Positions 27,640 to 32,474 of a DNA stretch of 32,474 bases are shown here, one piece after another; the stretch's first letter is position 1, and each line of letters starts with the position of its first letter. The stretch spans positions 1 to 32,474 of the forward strand of contig MRSU01010844.1 in NCBI GenBank assembly GCA_008369845.1, given 5' to 3'. Source of the DNA: Trichomonas gallinae (lineage: Eukaryota). The notes beneath the pieces were generated by a model. It was given only the letters and a program-made list of their open reading frames with translations, had not been told where the DNA came from and searched no databases. The translations under genes were made by a program, and so were the position numbers.

Positions 27640-28221
27640 TCAGAAGGATGCTTCTGGTGTTGCAATCCACTGATCAGTAAACGATCCTACAATGTAGTCT
27701 TGTTTCGATGAGAACGATGTCGCGATTCCGACTTCTTCATCTTCATACATTTCGAGCAAGCTTGGATTAAGTGTCAATGTTGGAGTGAATTCAGACTTTA
27801 CGCCTGCGACACCACTGCTTTGGCTTGAAATTCTCTTTTCTGTGACAAACCTTCTGAGATTGACTGGGAAGAAACTAGAAAGAGTTCTTTTGAGAAATGT
27901 AACTTTATGAGTGGTTGGTTGAATCTTGCAATCATCAATCGGGCAGGAATAGGCATAATCTCTTCCGATAATTACTCTAAATCCGCACTTGCAGCTTCTG
28001 CAAACAAGATCATACATGTTCGTTTGTGTTTGCATTACATCGACATCGCTTAGCTTTGTGACTACAATTGAATTAATCTCCGATCTAAAAATAGATGTAA
28101 AGTTTGACTGAACGAGCTGAAGGACACTAGCATTAGTTTCTTGTATATCATCTTCATTGATGAATTCTCCTGTTATAATGATGCCCCCGCAGTTACAATA
28201 TGATTCATCACTGCTGAGCAT
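27640..28221 (-). CDS. Small Cys-containing putative zinc-binding protein
   Basis: 193-aa ATG ORF in an AAAAATG context. CNCGG near the N-terminus and CRSCKC about 60 aa later (two Cys knuckles); acidic/Ser-rich tail. Confidence 0.75.
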   Translation of the reverse strand: MLSSDESYCNCGGIIITGEFINEDDIQETNASVLQLVQSNFTSIFRSEINSIVVTKLSDVDVMQTQTNMYDLVCRSCKCGFRVIIGRDYAYSCPIDDCKIQPTTHKVTFLKRTLSSFFPVNLRRFVTEKRISSQSSGVAGVKSEFTPTLTLNPSLLEMYEDEEVGIATSFSSKQDYIVGSFTDQWIATPEASF

Positions 28222-29643
28222 TTTTTTTGAGAAGCACGTTAGATGATTTTTGTAAAATCTCTATAATTTTGTAATACAGCCATACAGTTAATTTGCAACT
28301 TTTCAACGTTCATTATAACCATTGAATGAATTCAATGTAGCCGCTTTCACTTCACAAAAATTCTGACATCTAAAATCAAAAAATATCGTCTAAATATACA
28401 TTGATTCAAACACTGTGGTATTTCACTGACGTAAAAGTGACAGAATATATTTTTGAATTTGATCCTGTAATGAAATAACATAATTCACTCTATTATAATA
28501 AATAAAAATGGAACCGATCAAGTATAATCAAATTGATAAAGTCTGTTTGGCCAGTATAAAATCATTTTATCATAGCAAGATTTTCATCTGTATAGCCCAT
28601 TTTCGATTCTTATTTTTTTTAACATTTGTGATATTTACACCTATTATCAATTTCTATAGTGGTAAATTTTGTGAATTTTATAGGGCAATTTTTTTACCCT
28701 ATTTCATTGAACAATACACAATACACATAATAAATTCTATGATTTGGACCGCAAAAATATATTTTTATAAACTCTGAATTAACTTTTGTATTGATTGATT
28801 TCTCGATTTATATTCATGATCATGACATGTCAATGAGACATTCATAAACATCTTGCTAATGATGAATGAATCAAGGATTTGTAGGTAATGCAATCACCAA
28901 TCGCTACTTACTCAAAATTATTCCATATTTTTCTCAAAACACTATTTAACAATGACATACTATACAAACATTCTATTATTTTCATATATAAACAAATATC
29001 TCATTGGTTTCGAATCTTGGCATATCTTGTTTAACATGATGATGTAATTTGGCAATTATTAAAAATATAAAGATTTAAAATACTGATATTGTCTATTTTA
29101 TCAGTTGCTGAGCCTAAATAACTAGTATTGGCAAGTTATTATTTATATTTTTCAGAAATTGATTTTATTTTACTTTTGTTAGACTCATAGAATTGTTTGA
29201 ATACTTCTATTTGGACGCAATAATCAAAATCTTGTCTTTCTTTTTCTCATCAGATAACATCATAAAACTTTATGGTATTGCATTTTTTAACATCAATATG
29301 AATTTATTTGCATTAATATAAATTTTGAAATTCATGATAAGGGAGATACATATATTTTAACCAAATAATATAAACATAAAACTTGTATACAACCAAAAAT
29401 TATAGTATATAATTCTCATAACGAATTTATTATCACTAAAAATATCATAAAATAAATTTACAATTGAAATACAATAAAAATGACGCTATATTATATATAT
29501 GCATGCTATTCCCATTATTAAATTTTATGTATGAAATGTGATTCATCAATAAAATTTGAAATATAAATAAATATAACATTTAATACAGATAGAATAGAAT
29601 AAAATTATAACAAATTTTCATTGTGGACTACGGAATATTTCGT

Positions 29644-31788
29644 CTATAAGTCGAAATTGTTAGGCATTGATATACTTGAAATATTTTCAATTGAATTTTG
29701 CATAATTTCGCTGTCACTTGCTGAGACGATAATAGGGTCGCTATACTCTTGGCTGTCAGTATGTGTATCATACTTTTTCATTTGAATATTTGCAGCAAAT
29801 CTTGATGGACTCTTGAAAATGGATGAAAGCACTCTATTTTCGTTGTTCATGATGTTTTCTTTTGCAACTTTAGATTTTTCTTTGTAATCTTCAACTGGTG
29901 CTTGATTTTCAGAAATCCTTTTGTTGTTTTCATTTTCCGCGTTTTCTTTAATCCCATTCAACTTGGCATTAGCAGATTGGATCTCAGATTTCAAATCTGC
30001 GATCATATTTGCAATATTAGGTGGTAGAGAAGTTATTTTTGCATTTGGAACGTATTGTTTCAAGTTATTGTCAACAGAAGCAATGAATTTACATGCTTCT
30101 GAACAATTTGAGAACAATAAAGAATTTGGAGATTTTGGAACTCCAAGATCCTTTAAATCAAGTAATCTCATGATTTCCGATGATGAGCTGTTCATCTTCT
30201 GAACTAAATCATCAACAAAAGAAGGAATTTGAGAAATATATTTTCCATTGAAGCCAAGTCTACCCATTGTTTGAATAACTGATTTTGTGATGGAAGATAC
30301 ACATTCAGTGAATTGTTGACAAACAGATGAAAGTGTATCAGTCATAATTTTCTCAAAATCAGTATATGAATCTTTAATAACCTTTTCCTGGTCCATTTCG
30401 TACTGAATATTGTTGGATTTCATATATTCTTTAATGATACTAAGCTTTGTTTGAATCTGAATATTTGATTTGTTTGTATAGGCTTGATTAGATGAAAGAA
30501 TATCCCATGTTGAGTTGTGTTCGACGAGAGATCTATACATTCTAGTAAATATATTGATTGTAGATTGCTTTTCGTTAATTTGATGTCTTAAATCATCAAT
30601 AATTGAAGCTTCTTCAGCATGTTTGAACTTTGACTCAATAAAACCTGGCAAATCTTCGAATTTAAGGTCTTCATTAGCATTGGATTTAATCGAATCTAAA
30701 ATATTATTATGAATGTCAATGATTTTCTGTAATTCTTCTGTCTTATGCTTTAATTCAGCGTTATTTACCTTTTCATCTGATAATTGCTGTGCTAATTTTG
30801 TAACTTGTGAATTATCTACATTGTTCTGTGATTTAAGCATATATTTGTAGGCATTAATGAGCTTATTCTGCCTGTGGATAACAATTATCGCCTGATTTCT
30901 CAATGAAATCAACTTCTTGACTTCATCGTTTTGAAGTTGGAATTGTTTGTAGATTTTATCAATGCACGCTTTATATTTAGTAATATCACTGTTATCTTGC
31001 TTTGGTGCTGGTGTTTGAGGCTTATATGTTTCTTCTATTTCAGATTTTTTAACTTGATAACGCAAAGTTTGTATTTCAGCATTTTTATCATGTATTTCTG
31101 CTTTCATTGTATTTATTTGCGTTTCTAAAACGTTAATTTGGTCAACAAGCTGTACATTTTTCTCAATCGATTTTTTCATTAGTTTTCTCATGCCGTTGAT
31201 GACTATGTTCTGCGTCTTCTTCTCTTCCTTCAGGCACTGAAACTCGGCTATATCTTCGATAGACACGTAATCGGGATTTGTTTGTGTAGTTTTATTTTTA
31301 GAGTTGTCTTTGAGTAAATCTACTTGTGTTTCTATTGTGTTTGTAGGTATAAAAGCGATTTTGCGTGCAAGATATTCGTTTGCTCTTTGTAATTCTGAAA
31401 CTTGCAATTTTAATTCGTAAGAACTTGAAGCTTCCTTCTCGATTTTAACTAAAAGGTTTTGTGTAGACTGCACATTCTTTAATGATGCTTCTGACATAGT
31501 GCTATTTTCGATGCTTGTCGCATGTTCATTCAGCAGGTAACGAAACCCAAGCTCAATGTCTTTAGCAGTCTCGAAATCTATCGGTTTTTGAGAAGAAACG
31601 AATAGAATGTTATGTAAAAGCGTCGCCATCTTCTTCAGAGCTGGAAACTTTTTTACAATCTCCGGTAGCTCAGGCTGCGTTTCGCTGGCTGTTTCCTTGA
31701 TAAAATTCTTTAGTTCTAGGCGAGCCTTTTCATATGGATTAGACATCGCCATTCTAAAGACTGATTGTTTTCGGTGGTCAACATCCAT
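29644..31788 (-). CDS. Coiled-coil protein of unknown function
   Basis: Long ORF. The track starts at TTG 31848; the first ATG is at 31788 (MDVDHRK), with an Inr TCACT 11 nt upstream. Several heptad-rich segments. Confidence 0.85.
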   Translation of the reverse strand: MDVDHRKQSVFRMAMSNPYEKARLELKNFIKETASETQPELPEIVKKFPALKKMATLLHNILFVSSQKPIDFETAKDIELGFRYLLNEHATSIENSTMSEASLKNVQSTQNLLVKIEKEASSSYELKLQVSELQRANEYLARKIAFIPTNTIETQVDLLKDNSKNKTTQTNPDYVSIEDIAEFQCLKEEKKTQNIVINGMRKLMKKSIEKNVQLVDQINVLETQINTMKAEIHDKNAEIQTLRYQVKKSEIEETYKPQTPAPKQDNSDITKYKACIDKIYKQFQLQNDEVKKLISLRNQAIIVIHRQNKLINAYKYMLKSQNNVDNSQVTKLAQQLSDEKVNNAELKHKTEELQKIIDIHNNILDSIKSNANEDLKFEDLPGFIESKFKHAEEASIIDDLRHQINEKQSTINIFTRMYRSLVEHNSTWDILSSNQAYTNKSNIQIQTKLSIIKEYMKSNNIQYEMDQEKVIKDSYTDFEKIMTDTLSSVCQQFTECVSSITKSVIQTMGRLGFNGKYISQIPSFVDDLVQKMNSSSSEIMRLLDLKDLGVPKSPNSLLFSNCSEACKFIASVDNNLKQYVPNAKITSLPPNIANMIADLKSEIQSANAKLNGIKENAENENNKRISENQAPVEDYKEKSKVAKENIMNNENRVLSSIFKSPSRFAANIQMKKYDTHTDSQEYSDPIIVSASDSEIMQNSIENISSISMPNNFDL

Positions 31789-31799
31789 TTGTGAAGAAA

Positions 31800-31804
31800 A
31801 GTGA
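31800..31804 (-). promoter_or_regulatory. Initiator element (TCACT)
   Basis: The minus strand reads TTTTCACTTTTCTTCACAAATG, matching the trichomonad Inr TCAY(T/A) at typical short spacing from the ATG. Confidence 0.6.
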
Positions 31805-32362
31805 AAATAAACGTGCGGAAATAAAAATCTGTCATGTAAATTATTCAATAAAAATTACAATATGAAATTTGACATATAAAGTATTCAATAAAAATCTGCT
31901 CACAAATATTGAATATAATTTGTCATGTAAACACCATCACAAATGATCGATTTGTAAAATGACAAAAATTCTTTTTCCCACTTCATCGATTATCAATAAT
32001 GGAACTCCATCGATTCATATGTCGGTTTATATTTCTATAGAATATGGAATATGAAATAATTACCTTATTTGCCTTATTAGATTTGCAATAATGCATCCAT
32101 TTTAATACATTATATAATATTAGCTATAACATATCCATTATTAATATCAGATGCATATACAGTTGGTTCAATATTATGATTATTCGTTCTTACTAGCTAA
32201 TCATTAATTAGAATTCAAGATATACAATACTTTAATAGATATAACATCATATTAAGGTCTATTTTATTGTGGGTCACATACAGGGGTTATACGAATCGGC
32301 CAAACATCTAGATAACATCATATCTATCGTATATAATAAAGATCCACAGCTAAATGCAAAAA

Positions 32363-32373
32363 GGGGGGGGGGG
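32363..32373. repeat. G11 homopolymer
   Basis: aaaaa-ggggggggggg-aac in otherwise AT-rich intergenic DNA. Confidence 0.85.
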
Positions 32374-32474
32374 AACTCTTTTTTCTGAGAATAATTGAGG
32401 TCGATACTCTAGATATAGCTTCTATAGGCCTACAGGAATAAGATGTCTTAGGCGAGCATCGCAATACAATTTTA

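Noticed and set aside
28508..28777. 89-aa plus-strand ORF with AAAATG start
   Set aside because: F/I/Y-rich composition typical of random AT-rich DNA and no motif; cannot be supported without expression data.
1..32474. Maverick/Polinton, mariner, Mutator or other intact transposon; multi-gene functional cluster
   Set aside because: No integrase, transposase, PolB, ATPase or capsid ORFs and no long TIRs; neighbouring genes are functionally unrelated.

Overview
This is AT-rich, apparently intronless eukaryotic DNA with the hallmarks of a parabasalid (Trichomonas-like) genome: TCA(C/T)(T/A) initiator elements just upstream of ATGs, a BspA-like TpLRR gene, a DUF3447-type ankyrin gene and a transmembrane adenylate-cyclase-like gene. 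The taxonomic call is inferred from gene families and promoter motifs, not from a search. I count about 14 single-exon protein genes: an atypical two-domain E2F-like factor, a TMEM151-like membrane protein, a UBAC2/Dsc2-like rhomboid pseudoprotease, three coiled-coil proteins, a BspA-like LRR protein, an ankyrin protein, an importin-beta-like HEAT protein, a degenerate PAS/cyclase membrane protein, a divergent VPS9 protein, a Cys-rich protein and unknowns. There is also one tRNA-Phe(GAA). I see no operon-like or defence system, CRISPR array or intact transposon. The strongest unexplained signals are: (i) a quasi-palindromic TTGACATGTAAA element arrayed 5x in a divergent promoter and recurring at other gene starts, (ii) an importin-beta-like gene whose N-terminus begins at GTG, (iii) an apparently catalytically dead cyclase receptor, and (iv) E2F-like sites upstream of the E2F-like gene.
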